A DNA stretch of 64,000 nt from Abditibacterium sp. (lineage in GTDB: Bacteria > Armatimonadota > Abditibacteriia > Abditibacteriales > Abditibacteriaceae). Numbering within the stretch: position 1 is the first letter of the stretch; each line of letters opens with the position of its first letter. The notes under the pieces were generated by a model, which was not told the origin of the DNA, made no database searches, and saw only the letters and a list, made by a program, of their open reading frames with translations. Both the position numbers and the translations under genes were made by a program. The stretch covers positions 3,040,001-3,104,000 of the forward strand of contig CBDASK010000003.1 of assembly GCA_965199495.1 (NCBI GenBank), written 5' to 3'. Below, piece by piece: positions 28,581-38,600 of this stretch.

Positions 28581-29585
28581 ATGGAAACCGTTCCTTTATC
28601 AACCGAAGAAGCCGCCATCGCGCGCGATGGGATGCGCCGCGTTATCGCCCAAGTCGAGCGCGTTATTGTTGGCAAACGCAGCGTCGTCGAATTGTGCGCT
28701 CTGGCTTTGCTGGCGCGCGGCCACGTTCTCATCGAAGATGTGCCGGGCACTGGCAAAACCATGCTCGCCAAAGCGTTCGCGCGCGCGATGGGCGGCGAGT
28801 TCAAGCGCATTCAGTTCACGCCCGATCTGCTGCCGGGCGATGTGACCGGGCTTTCGATTTACAGCCCGAAAACCGGCGATTTTTCGTTTGTGCCCGGCCC
28901 GATTTTCGCTCACGTTTTGCTGGCCGACGAAATTAATCGCGCCACGCCCAAAACGCAGGCGGCGCTTTTGGAAGCGATGGAAGAAGCGCAAGTCACCAAC
29001 GACGGCCAGACGCGCGCTTTGCCGCGCCCGTTTTTGGTGTTGGCCACGCAAAATCCCATCGAATATCGCGGCACTTACCCGCTGCCCGAAGCGCAAATGG
29101 ACAGATTTTTGTTGCGCGTCGGTTTGGGCTATCCGACGAGAGCGCAGGAAATCGAAATGGTCTCGCGCCACGTCCATTCGGGCGCGGGCGCCAGCGAGCG
29201 GGGCGCCCTCGCCGGACAAGCTGGATCGTTGCTCAACGCCGTCGAACCGATTTTGTCGGTTGAGGAAGCGCGGCGTTTTCAGGCCGACCGAATGCGCGTT
29301 CAAATCGCGCCCGAACTGCACGAATATCTGGTGGATTTAGTTCACGCCACACGCAGCCACGTCGCCGTGGCTCTGGGCGCCTCGCCGCGCGCGACGCTGG
29401 CGCTGCAACGCGCGGCGCAGGCCAACGCGTTGCTCGATGGCCGCACTTATGTCGTGCCCGAAGACATCAAAACTCTGGCGCCTCATGTGTTGTCGCACCG
29501 TCTGATTTTGCACGGCGAAAGCGGTAACCCGCGCGCCTCGCACGATTTGGTATGCGCCATTTTAGACGAAGTCGCCGTCAGGTGA
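28581..29585 (+). CDS. MoxR family AAA+ ATPase
   Basis: GHVLIEDVPGTGKT, RIQFTPDLLP, LADEINRA, ATQNPIE and GASPRA motifs. Confidence 0.95.
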   Translation: METVPLSTEEAAIARDGMRRVIAQVERVIVGKRSVVELCALALLARGHVLIEDVPGTGKTMLAKAFARAMGGEFKRIQFTPDLLPGDVTGLSIYSPKTGDFSFVPGPIFAHVLLADEINRATPKTQAALLEAMEEAQVTNDGQTRALPRPFLVLATQNPIEYRGTYPLPEAQMDRFLLRVGLGYPTRAQEIEMVSRHVHSGAGASERGALAGQAGSLLNAVEPILSVEEARRFQADRMRVQIAPELHEYLVDLVHATRSHVAVALGASPRATLALQRAAQANALLDGRTYVVPEDIKTLAPHVLSHRLILHGESGNPRASHDLVCAILDEVAVR

Positions 29586-29606
29586 ATGTCGGCTTGACAG
29601 ATATTG

Positions 29607-29756
29607 GCGCGACACGTCATTTCGAGCGAAGCCGAGAAATCTTGCGGCCCCGCGCCAGCGGAAATGATGCGCGAGCTTAAACGTAAAGATCGCTTCAACC
29701 TGCGCTGCCGCGCGGGCGAAAGATTTCTCGGCTTCGCTCGAAATGACGTGTCGCGC
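29607..29756. repeat. Long inverted repeat, GTCATTYYGAGCGA family, copy 1
   Basis: Perfect 37-bp arms GCGCGACACGTCATTTCGAGCGAAGCCGAGAAATCTT (29607-29643 / 29720-29756). Confidence 0.85.
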
Positions 29757-29780
29757 TCACATCCGATTATCCGATAAATT

Positions 29781-30449
29781 ATGAAAAGCATTAAATATCC
29801 GCGCACTTTGCATTTGCCGTGGAGCGATACCATCGGGCCGGACGGCGATCACGTTTTGGCAAGTGCCGAAGTTTTCGCGGGCCAGGAAGTCGTGGTGACC
29901 GAGAAGTTGGACGGCGAAAATACCACGATTTATCGCGATCACCAGCACGCGCGTTCGCTCGATTCGGGACATCACATTTCGCGCGGTTGGGTCAAAAATT
30001 TCGGCGCGCGCATCGGGCCGCACATTCCCGACGACGTTCGCATCAACGGCGAAAATATGTTCGCGCTCCACTCGATTGCTTACGACGATTTGCCGTCGTA
30101 TTTTCTGGTCTTCGCCGTTTGGCGCGGCGAGACTTTGCTTGCGTGGGACGAAAGCGCCGATTTATGCGCACAAATCGAACGCGACGGTGGCGAAAAACTT
30201 CCGTTAGCGCCGGTGTTATATCGCGGCGTGTGGAACGAGAAAACCGTGCGCGCTTTATACGATGTGGACAATCCGTCCGCCTCGCGCTTTGGCCCGGCCA
30301 GCGAAGGTTATGTCGTACGCTTGGCGCGCGCTCTCAATCGCGACGAATGGGAGCGCGGCATCGCCAAATATGTCCGTCCGCGCCATGTGCAAAGTGGGTC
30401 GCACTGGATGCTCAAACCGGTCGAGAAAAATGGACTCCGCACCCCTTAA
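29781..30449 (+). CDS. RNA ligase family protein (ATP-dependent nucleotidyltransferase)
   Basis: KYPRTLHLPWS, motif I TEKLDGENT, GENMFALHSI, EGYVVR and AKYVR motifs. Confidence 0.85.
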   Translation: MKSIKYPRTLHLPWSDTIGPDGDHVLASAEVFAGQEVVVTEKLDGENTTIYRDHQHARSLDSGHHISRGWVKNFGARIGPHIPDDVRINGENMFALHSIAYDDLPSYFLVFAVWRGETLLAWDESADLCAQIERDGGEKLPLAPVLYRGVWNEKTVRALYDVDNPSASRFGPASEGYVVRLARALNRDEWERGIAKYVRPRHVQSGSHWMLKPVEKNGLRTP

Positions 30450-30900
30450 ATTGCCCGAAATCTGGCGTTATCTGCGCGGCGCGCGCGTTTACGTGGACGC
30501 CAACGCGTGGATTTACGCGCGCGAACCGTTGCCGAAATGGGACGATTTGCGTTTGTTTTTGCAACTGGCGCACGCCGGATATTGGCGTTTGGTGACGAGC
30601 GAACTTTCGCTCGCCGAAGCGCTCGTGCACCCGATTCGCGACCGCGACCGCCGCGCGCAATCCGAGTTCGGGCGCGCCCTGCAAAGCGACGAACAGTTGG
30701 CGGTGGCTGCTGTTTCGCGCCCAATATTAATCGAGGCCGCGACACTTCGCGCCACGCGCGGCCTCGAAATGCCCGACGCGATTCACGCCGCGACCGCCAA
30801 AATCGCGCGCTGCACGCACTTTCTGACCGGCGACGAAGCCTTAGCGCGCGCCGTTCACTTGCCGGTTTTGCGCGTCGAAAATTTGCGCGGCGACGCGTAA
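30430..30900 (+). CDS. PIN-domain (VapC-like) ribonuclease
   Basis: YVDANAWIY, SELSLAEALV, PDAIHAATA and FLTGD acidic residues; start ATG 30430 overlaps the ligase 3' end. Confidence 0.85.
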   Translation: MDSAPLKLPEIWRYLRGARVYVDANAWIYAREPLPKWDDLRLFLQLAHAGYWRLVTSELSLAEALVHPIRDRDRRAQSEFGRALQSDEQLAVAAVSRPILIEAATLRATRGLEMPDAIHAATAKIARCTHFLTGDEALARAVHLPVLRVENLRGDA

Positions 30901-30902
30901 CT

Positions 30903-31054
30903 TTTGGAGCGCGGGCTTTAGCCCGTCCGAAAATAGACTTCTTGCAAACGTGCCAGCGAATAAATTCGCTGGCACGTTTGCAAAAGTCTATTTAGAAATC
31001 GCTTGAATCGAAGTCAATAAACGGAATTTTACGGGCTAAAACCCGCGCTCCAAA
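30903..31054. repeat. GGAG-type REP doublet enclosing a second palindrome
   Basis: TTTGGAGCGCGGGCTTTAGCCCGT at 30903-30926 / 31031-31054; inner IR 30931-30993 centred on CCAGCGAATAAATTCGCTGG. Confidence 0.8.
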
Positions 31055-31068
31055 CAACTTTTCAATCC

Positions 31069-32433
31069 ATGCCACTGCTCAATAAAAATCGGCTTGTTTT
31101 GCTGATCGCGATTCTGTCGGCGGCGGCGGGCGCGCTCGTTTTCAAAACGCCCGCCGTGCTGTTTTTGTTGGCGACGCTGGTTTGCGCGCCGATTTTGGCG
31201 AGCGCGATTGGTCGCTTGATGTCGCGCGGCTTGAAAATTTCGCGGCAGATGCCGCTCGTCGCCAGTGTGGGCGATGAACTGCGCGCGCGCTTAACCGTGC
31301 GCAACGTCGGGCCGCTCCCGGCGCTTTTGGTTCATGCGCAGGGGCGTGGTAGCGACGAACCAATCCGATCTGCGTCGTGGCGCCAGCGCAAATCCGAAAC
31401 GCGCGTCAATAACGCGAGCGTTCCCTTTTACGAAGTTGTGGGCGAGGCCGAATTGGTGGTGCCGGTGCTGATGCCGGGCGCGAGTTTTACGGGCGAAGTC
31501 GTCTGGAAACTGACGCGGCGCGGCGTTTATCCGTGGCCCGGCGCGCGCGCGGGCACGCTCGACCCGGTCGCGCTGAGCGACTTGCTGCGCGCGTGGAGCG
31601 CGCCCGCCGAGCTGACGGTTTGGCCGCGTCCGCTCAAGCTACGCCGTTTTCAGTTGGGCGGCAGCTCGCCCAGCGTTCAGCCGCACCGAAGAGCCACGGC
31701 GTCCGCCGATGCCGCCGAAGTTCACGGCGTGCGGCCCTATCAGGCGGGCGAAGGCGGGCGGCGCATTCACTGGCGCGCGACGGCGCGCACTGGCGAACTG
31801 CACGTCATCGAATGGGAAGAAGATTCCGCCGCCGACCTGACGATTTTATTGGACGTTCAAGCCGCTTTGGTCGCCGGAACGTCGGGGCAGGATTCGCTGG
31901 AAATGGCGATTGTGGCGGCGGCTTCGGTGGCGGCGTTCACGCTGGAAAATGGCCAGCGCGCCCGCATTTTCTGGTGGGCCGACGACCCGGCGAACCCAAA
32001 CGGTGCCGCGCGTTTGATGCGCGTCGAGTCGCGTCATCAGGCGGGATTGGCGCAGATTCTGACGGCTTTGGCTGTAATCGTGCTGTGTCACAGTTCGAGC
32101 GCGACGTTGCCCGCGCTTAGCGCGCGCGTGCAACGCGAAACCGGCGACGAAAGTGCGCTCTTGCTCGCCAGCGACCGCGCCAATTGGAGCGCGGCGCTGG
32201 CGCCGTGGCTGGGCGCGCGCGGTAGAATTGGCGCGCAGGGTTTGGCGTTCGAGGCCGTGTCGTTCGAGAGCGAAGAAAAGGCCGGATTTGCCCTGCGCGC
32301 GGGCGACGCCGTGCTGGCAACCCTGCAACGGGCCAGCGCGTCCAAAGTTGGGGCAACGCCGGATTTGCCCGCCTCCGTGCGCCGCATCAAACGCGACGAT
32401 TCCCTCGTCGAAACGCTGGAACGCAACTTCTGA
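31069..32433 (+). CDS. DUF58 domain protein
   Basis: RRGVY, VWPRP, HGVRPYQAGE..RRIHWRATARTGELHVIE and ILLD motifs. Confidence 0.88.
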   Translation: MPLLNKNRLVLLIAILSAAAGALVFKTPAVLFLLATLVCAPILASAIGRLMSRGLKISRQMPLVASVGDELRARLTVRNVGPLPALLVHAQGRGSDEPIRSASWRQRKSETRVNNASVPFYEVVGEAELVVPVLMPGASFTGEVVWKLTRRGVYPWPGARAGTLDPVALSDLLRAWSAPAELTVWPRPLKLRRFQLGGSSPSVQPHRRATASADAAEVHGVRPYQAGEGGRRIHWRATARTGELHVIEWEEDSAADLTILLDVQAALVAGTSGQDSLEMAIVAAASVAAFTLENGQRARIFWWADDPANPNGAARLMRVESRHQAGLAQILTALAVIVLCHSSSATLPALSARVQRETGDESALLLASDRANWSAALAPWLGARGRIGAQGLAFEAVSFESEEKAGFALRAGDAVLATLQRASASKVGATPDLPASVRRIKRDDSLVETLERNF

Positions 32434-32523
32434 TTTTTCGCGTCAGGCGTTAAACGAATATTTCCCCTCTTTGATTTTACAGGCGCAACACCGCGCTTCA
32501 ACGTTCTTCTCTTCCGCATCGCC

Positions 32524-34809
32524 ATGAATTTTCCACGCCGCTCCATCTCCGCTTCGCTGGGATCGTGGTGTGTGCAACTGGTTTACAAACCGCGCTCGCC
32601 GGAAGAATCTATCGCGGCGGGGACGGGCGAAGCGCCTTTTCGCTTGCAACGCGCGCTCTTGCCCGCGTTTCTCGCGATTTTCATTGCGAGCGGCGCGGCG
32701 TGTTATGCGTTGGCGCACTTCATCGGTTTGCCCGTCGCCGGGCGCGTTTTGACGTTGATTTTGTGCGTCGCGACTTTTGTCGCGTGGGGCGCGCGTTGCG
32801 GCGCGCCCGCGCTACGCCGAATTTGTCTGGCGATGCGCTGGCCGCTCGCGGTTACGCTCTCGGTTTTCACGCTGTCACTGCGGTGGAGCGATGAGTTCGC
32901 CGCGCTCCTGAGGGGCGAACCCAATATGCAGGCCGCGATTTTTTGCGGGTTCATCACGCTACTGAGCGTTTTGCTCATCGGCGCGCGTTCGGGCGGGCGC
33001 CTCGTGCCGGTGGCTGCTCCGCTCGTGCCAGCGCTTTCGCTGCTGGGGTTGCTCTGTCTGGTGGCGGTTGATGGCATCACGCAGGCGTGTTTTTTATTGT
33101 TTTGTGCGGCGGCACTTTATGTCAAATGTTACGACTATTTTTTGCGCACCGCCGCGCCCGATTTGAGTTCGGGCGTGTGGAATATCGCGCCGCGCGCGCG
33201 CCGTGTCGCGCGCGGCGATGCGCCCGCGTGGGCGCTGCAATCGGTTTTGGTGAGCAGCGTTTGGTTCGCGCTTTTTCTGGGCGGTGGCGCCCTCTTATTT
33301 TGGCCGTTGCAGGCGCTTTTGCCCAAAATCTCGGCGCCGCGTTGGGAGCGCGGGCAGAGCGATAGCGGCGCGCGCAAACTCGATTATAGCGGCGGCGCGG
33401 GCGTGATGGAACTGCGCGGCGGCACGCACGCTTTATCCAACCGCGTTTTGCTGCGTGTGACGCCGATTCGCGGACGCCAGACCGGTTTGTGGCGCGGTCG
33501 CGTTTACGAATTATACGACCGCTCGCTGTGGAGCGAACGCATTCCCGCCCGTAAAACTGACGAGGAAATCCAGACATCCAACCGTTTGGTAGTTCATCTG
33601 GTGCGCCCTCGCCCCCTGGGCACTTGGGTCGCCAGTTTGCCGCAACTAGCGCCCCAACTCGGTCGCGTCGAGCGTATCACCGAGTTAATCGAACCTTTGG
33701 GCAGCGTCGCCAACGTGATTTATTCGTCGGGTTTGCCCCTCCGCATTGACGATCGCAAAGACGTTTTCGACGCGAGCGATCCGGCGCGCGCCGGCGATTT
33801 GACGCGCTCGCAGATGCCTTATGTGGCGCGCTCTTTCACCGTCGAACCCAATCTGCTCGTTTTGGATCAAACGCGCGGTTTCGATCCCGCAGCCGACAAC
33901 TCAAAAATCGCGCCCACCCTGCTCCAAAATTTGCGGCTCAATCTCGCGTTGCCACCGGAAAAATCAACGCGCGCCGTTCTGGCCAGCCTGACCAGCCAGA
34001 TCGAAGCGGGCCGTTTGCCCACGCGCACGCCCTCGGAAAAAGCGCGCGCCGTCGCCGATTATTTGCATCGCACCTGCGTTTATTCTTTGCAGGCGCCCGC
34101 CGTGCCGGTCGCTTCGGATGCGACGGTTTTCTTTTTGACCGACGCGCGTAGCGGCGCCTGCGATATGTTCGCTTCGTCGGCGACGTTGCTCTTGCGCGAA
34201 ATGGGCGTGCCCGCGCGCGTAGCCACCGGCTTCTTAGACCCGCAAAATGACGAATCCGCCGCCAATTTTAATGGCAAAGCTGTCACCGTTTTGCGCGAGC
34301 GCGACGCGCACGCCTGGGTCGAGTATTATGTGCCCGATTACGGTTGGCTCACGCTCGATCCGACGCAAGGCACGCGCGAGGCGCCCGTTACTTTGGCCAG
34401 CAAACTGGCCGCATTGTTCGATCTGTCCCACCTCAAAATAGCGCCCGTTTTGTTAGTGTTGCCGCTCGCCGGTTTCGCTCTGCTCATCGCCGGATTGCTG
34501 TGGCAACGCCGCGAAAACCGTGATGCAAGCGCCGACGAAAACGAGCGCCAACTCATCGAAGCCGCCTATGCCAGAGCGTTGCATCTGCTGCGCCGTCGCG
34601 CCTCTTATGCTCCCGCGCTCACGCCCGGCGAATACGAGACGCGCGTTTTGCAATCGGACGCGCCCGCCGCCGCTAAACAAGAGTTCGCCGCGCTGACTCA
34701 TCTTTATCTGGCCGCTCGCTACGGCCCGGCGCCCGGTGCCAATCGCGAGCAAATCGAAGCGAGTTTGGCGCGCCTGAAATCGGCGCTCAAGCGCGGCAAT
34801 AAAACGTAA
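32524..34809 (+). CDS. Membrane transglutaminase-like protein (TgpA type)
   Basis: TM N-terminus; Cys-His-Asp triad GACDMFAS / HAWVEYY / LDPT; C-terminal TPGEY..YLAARYG. Confidence 0.85.
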   Translation: MNFPRRSISASLGSWCVQLVYKPRSPEESIAAGTGEAPFRLQRALLPAFLAIFIASGAACYALAHFIGLPVAGRVLTLILCVATFVAWGARCGAPALRRICLAMRWPLAVTLSVFTLSLRWSDEFAALLRGEPNMQAAIFCGFITLLSVLLIGARSGGRLVPVAAPLVPALSLLGLLCLVAVDGITQACFLLFCAAALYVKCYDYFLRTAAPDLSSGVWNIAPRARRVARGDAPAWALQSVLVSSVWFALFLGGGALLFWPLQALLPKISAPRWERGQSDSGARKLDYSGGAGVMELRGGTHALSNRVLLRVTPIRGRQTGLWRGRVYELYDRSLWSERIPARKTDEEIQTSNRLVVHLVRPRPLGTWVASLPQLAPQLGRVERITELIEPLGSVANVIYSSGLPLRIDDRKDVFDASDPARAGDLTRSQMPYVARSFTVEPNLLVLDQTRGFDPAADNSKIAPTLLQNLRLNLALPPEKSTRAVLASLTSQIEAGRLPTRTPSEKARAVADYLHRTCVYSLQAPAVPVASDATVFFLTDARSGACDMFASSATLLLREMGVPARVATGFLDPQNDESAANFNGKAVTVLRERDAHAWVEYYVPDYGWLTLDPTQGTREAPVTLASKLAALFDLSHLKIAPVLLVLPLAGFALLIAGLLWQRRENRDASADENERQLIEAAYARALHLLRRRASYAPALTPGEYETRVLQSDAPAAAKQEFAALTHLYLAARYGPAPGANREQIEASLARLKSALKRGNKT

Positions 34810-34823
34810 AAATAAAATAACCC

Positions 34824-34852
34824 TTGACTTAATTAACACCGTTAATTAAAAT
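34824..34852 (+). promoter_or_regulatory. Sigma70-type promoter overlapped by a palindromic TetR operator
   Basis: TTGACT-17 bp-TAAAAT with TTAATTAACACCGTTAATTAA (34829-34849) in the spacer. Confidence 0.7.
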
Positions 34853-34862
34853 ATCTGCAACG

Positions 34863-35552
34863 ATGAATCAAATCACGGTTTCGACGCGCCACCAGCGGAC
34901 GCGCACCGCCAGCCAAGAGCGGCGCGAGCAACAGAAAGTCGAGTTGCGCGCGGCGATCTTGCGCGCGGCGGACGAAGAATTTTCCGCTCACGGTTACGAA
35001 GATTTTTCGCTGCGCCGTGTGGCCGAGCGCATCGGTTACTCGCCGACGACGATTTATCTTTATTTCAAAAATAAAGATGAATTGCTGTTGCAAACCGTGA
35101 AAAGCGGATTCGCCGCCTTCGATGCCGCGATTCAAAACGCCGCTCAGGGCGCGGGCGAACCGTTGCAAAAGTTGGAAGATTTGGGCCGTGCTTATCTCGA
35201 ATTCGGCATCGAAAATCCGACGCTCTATCGCATGATGTTCATGCAGCCCGCCGATTTTCATCTGCTGCCACGCTTGCTCGGCAGTGGCACGCCCGATGAA
35301 GAAAAACAGAGCGAAAACGCCAACGCCCATCGCGTGATCGCGCAGGAATTGTTGGTCGAGGCCGTCCAGCGCGGCATTGACGAGGGCACCCTGCGCGCGG
35401 GCGACGCGTTACTAATGGCCGACGCGTTGTGGGCCAGTGTTCACGGTTTGGTCTCGCTCGCCGCCAGCCCATTAATGGAGCCAGATCACGCGCGCAAAGT
35501 CGCCGCCCCGTTGCTGCAAACCATCATCGCCGGGCTGCGAAACGCGGGATAA
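34863..35552 (+). CDS. TetR/AcrR family regulator (WHG-type C-terminus)
   Basis: FSLRRVAERIGYSPTTIYLYFKNKDEL HTH; AYLEFG..P.LYRMMF; WASVHG. Confidence 0.92.
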   Translation: MNQITVSTRHQRTRTASQERREQQKVELRAAILRAADEEFSAHGYEDFSLRRVAERIGYSPTTIYLYFKNKDELLLQTVKSGFAAFDAAIQNAAQGAGEPLQKLEDLGRAYLEFGIENPTLYRMMFMQPADFHLLPRLLGSGTPDEEKQSENANAHRVIAQELLVEAVQRGIDEGTLRAGDALLMADALWASVHGLVSLAASPLMEPDHARKVAAPLLQTIIAGLRNAG

Positions 35553-35593
35553 ATTCGGGAATTACGCAATAAAACCTTCGTTTTGAACTCAAC

Positions 35594-35606
35594 TTAACGC
35601 CGTTAA
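35594..35606 (+). promoter_or_regulatory. Second copy of the putative TetR operator
   Basis: TTAACGCCGTTAA matches TTAACACCGTTAA at 34833-34845. Confidence 0.65.
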
Positions 35607-35616
35607 TTTAATAACA

Positions 35617-38600
35617 ATGGAAAACCTAAATTCTGCCGACACAATCGAAGCGCGTCTGGATAAGTTAGAAGCGCAAATGCTGCGCGTCGAGCGACGTTTG
35701 CACCTTGACGCGCCTGCCATTGTGATGGACGCGCTACCAGCCACGCCGCCAGTATCGCCGCCGCCCGTGGCTGGGCCAACTTCGTTTGCACCGACCATTG
35801 TCGTGCCTTCCGCGAAGCCGGAAAATGTGGCGGTTGAAGCGCTCGCCAAATCCGCAGAATCACCAGTTTCTGCGCCCGCGCCGCGTCCTCAAATTCCAGC
35901 GCCAGCCTCTGCCTCCGTGCCGATTCCATCGAATGAACCAGCGAGAGCGGCAGTTTCTCTGCTCGCTTGGGAGCAGTTAGTCGGCGGCAAATGGGCGTTG
36001 TGGGCGGGATTGTTGTCGGTTTTCGGCGCCATCGCTTCGTTTTTGGCGTATACGTGGCGCTACTTTTCGCCCGAATCAAAAGTGGCGTTGGGGCTGTTCA
36101 TCGGCATCGCGTTTTTAGTGGCGGGCGAGTGGACGCGCAAGCGCGCGCAGCGTTGGTTTAGCGAAGGCGTTTCGGGCGCTGGCTTGGGATTTTGCTTTTT
36201 GAGTTTATGGGCGGGCGGCGCGCACTTCTCGATTTTCGGGTTCGGCCTCACTTTCGGCGCGATGGCTTTGGTTTGCGCGCTGGGCGTGTGGCTGGCGGTG
36301 CGCTACGACGCGCTCGGCCTCAACATTTTGAGCGTCATCGGCGGCTTTGCCACGCCGATGTTGTTGCGCGGCGACGCGGCGGGCGGGCACGGCGCGGCGG
36401 TTTCGTTGTTGGTTTACCTCGCGATTTTGAACGCGGGCGCCCTGGGCGTTTCGCTGTTCAAGCGTTGGCGCGCCTCGGTCTGGCTGAGTTTCGGCGCGAC
36501 TTTGACGCTGCTGTTTTTCTGGTTGCCCGATTCCAACATTGACGCGATGCGGCTCACGGTCTGGGCGTTTTTCAGCCTCCATTTTGCGCTTTATGTCGGC
36601 GCAGCGTGCTTTTACAGCTTGGCGCGCCGCGAACAGACCACGCCCGAAGACATCGGTTTAATTTTGGCGGCGACCACGATTTACGCGCCGTTCGCGCACG
36701 ATTTGCTGTTGCCAATCGCGGGCGCATTTCCGGGCGCGTTCATGCTGGTTTTCGCGGTTTTCTGGAGCGCGTTGTGCGCCTTGGTGGCGCGGTTGGCACC
36801 CGCCAATAAATTATTGCGCGACGTGACGGGCGCGCTCGGACTTTTGGCGTTGACGGTCGCGATTCCGATTCAGGTTTCGCAGCCGTGGCTCGGCATCGCG
36901 CTGATGGGCGAAGCCGCCGTGTTGGCGGGCTTGGCGAATCGCCATCGCGACGCCCAATTGTTGCGGCGCGCCGGACAAATCGTGTGGGCGTTGGCGCTTT
37001 TGCCGCTCGTCGCCGGTTTGGTTTCGCCCGCCGGTAGCGTGCGATTTGGACTTTACGAAGGCAGTTGGCCGATGCTTTTTGGCGTCGCGGTCAGCGCGTG
37101 GCTGGCGTGGAGCGCGCATTGTCAAAGCGCCCGCGAAAATAACGTTAAAGCCGAAGAATTGGTTGATTATTATGTCACAGCCGCCGTCGCGAGTAGCGCG
37201 TGGCTGCTCGCGCGTGAGCTGTTGGCGCGCGGATTCGCGCCGCAAAGCGCGATAATGGCGGTCGGGTTTTTGGCGGTTGCCGTCTTTATTTTGGGTGCCA
37301 AAACGCGTTTTGTCGCCGTGCAAATTTGCGCGTTGGTGGGGGCGGTTTGCGTCGCGACGGCGGCGATTATGCTCGATTCATCGCAAGCCGCGCCCGCAGT
37401 TTTGCCGCTTAGCAACGCGCGCTTTGTGGCGCTCATTGGCACGGCGGGCGCGCTCTATGTTTTGACGTGGCTGGCGCGCCAAAACCAGAATGAACTGCTG
37501 CGGCGCGCTGGACAAATTATCTGGGTTTTGGCGTCGCTGCCGTTGTTTCAGGGCACGCTGTTTTCGGCGAGCGCGGCGCAGTGGGGCTTGCATTGCGGCG
37601 GCTGGCCGGGTGTGTTCGCCATTTCAATGACGGCGGCACTGGCGTGGAGCGCGCACCGCCACACCAAAAACGCCGACGAACTGCGCAACGTTTACGCGGG
37701 CATCGCCGTCGTGGGCGGCGCGTGGCTGATCGGGCGCGAGACGCTGGCGTGGACGCACGACGCCAACGGCGTTACGATGGCGCTTTCACTCTTCGCGGTC
37801 GCGATTTTCGCGGTCGGCGCGACGGCGCGCTTCGCGATGCTGCGCGCGTGCGCGGGCGTTTTGGCGGCGGGCGCGGCTTCGGCGGTTTTGTGGTTGGCGT
37901 GGTCGCATCCGTCGCCCGAATTGTTACCATTCTGGAACGCGCGCTTCGTCGCGATGACGATAACGCTGGGCGCGTTAGTGGCGATTTATCAAATCGCGCG
38001 CACGGTAGATTATCCATTGCACGACGCCGAAAAAGTGGCGGCGCGCGCGCTGCCCGTCGCCGTGGCAACGCTCGCGCTGGCGGCGTTTTCGAGCGAGATT
38101 TATTTCGGGTTCGCCCATTTCGCGCCGCCGCAATGGGCCAATCGCGCTTATTTCGTGTTAGCCATCGGCTGGAGTTTGTCCGCGCTGGGCGCGTTATCGG
38201 TCGGATTGCAAACGCGCAATATCAGTTGGCGCGTGTGGGCTTATGTCGTGGGCGGCGTGGCGTTGGCGTCTTTGCCAATTAATGCGTTGACCGGCGACGC
38301 GTTGGGAATGCCATTTCTCAACCTGCGATTCGCCGCGTTTGCCGTTGCCATCGCGGCTTTGTGCGTGGCCGCGTGGCGGCTGCGCACAGGCGAAATCGCG
38401 GGCGCGATTTCCGAGGGCGAGGCCGAAGCCATCGGCGCGGCGGCGAGCGCGGCTTTGGTGTTGGCGCTGTTTTCCTTGACGCAGGAAACCTGGGAAGCCG
38501 GGCGCTATTTGGCGCCGCGCGGCAGCGATTGGCAACGCGGCGCGCAGCTGGCGATTTCCCTCGTCTGGTCGCTGTTCGGCGCGCTTTTGCTGGCGGGCGG

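Noticed and set aside
12890..31054. Arm mismatches compatible with G-U pairing as evidence of RNA-level selection
   Set aside because: Any transition gives G-U on one strand, and the compatible strand is not consistent between elements.
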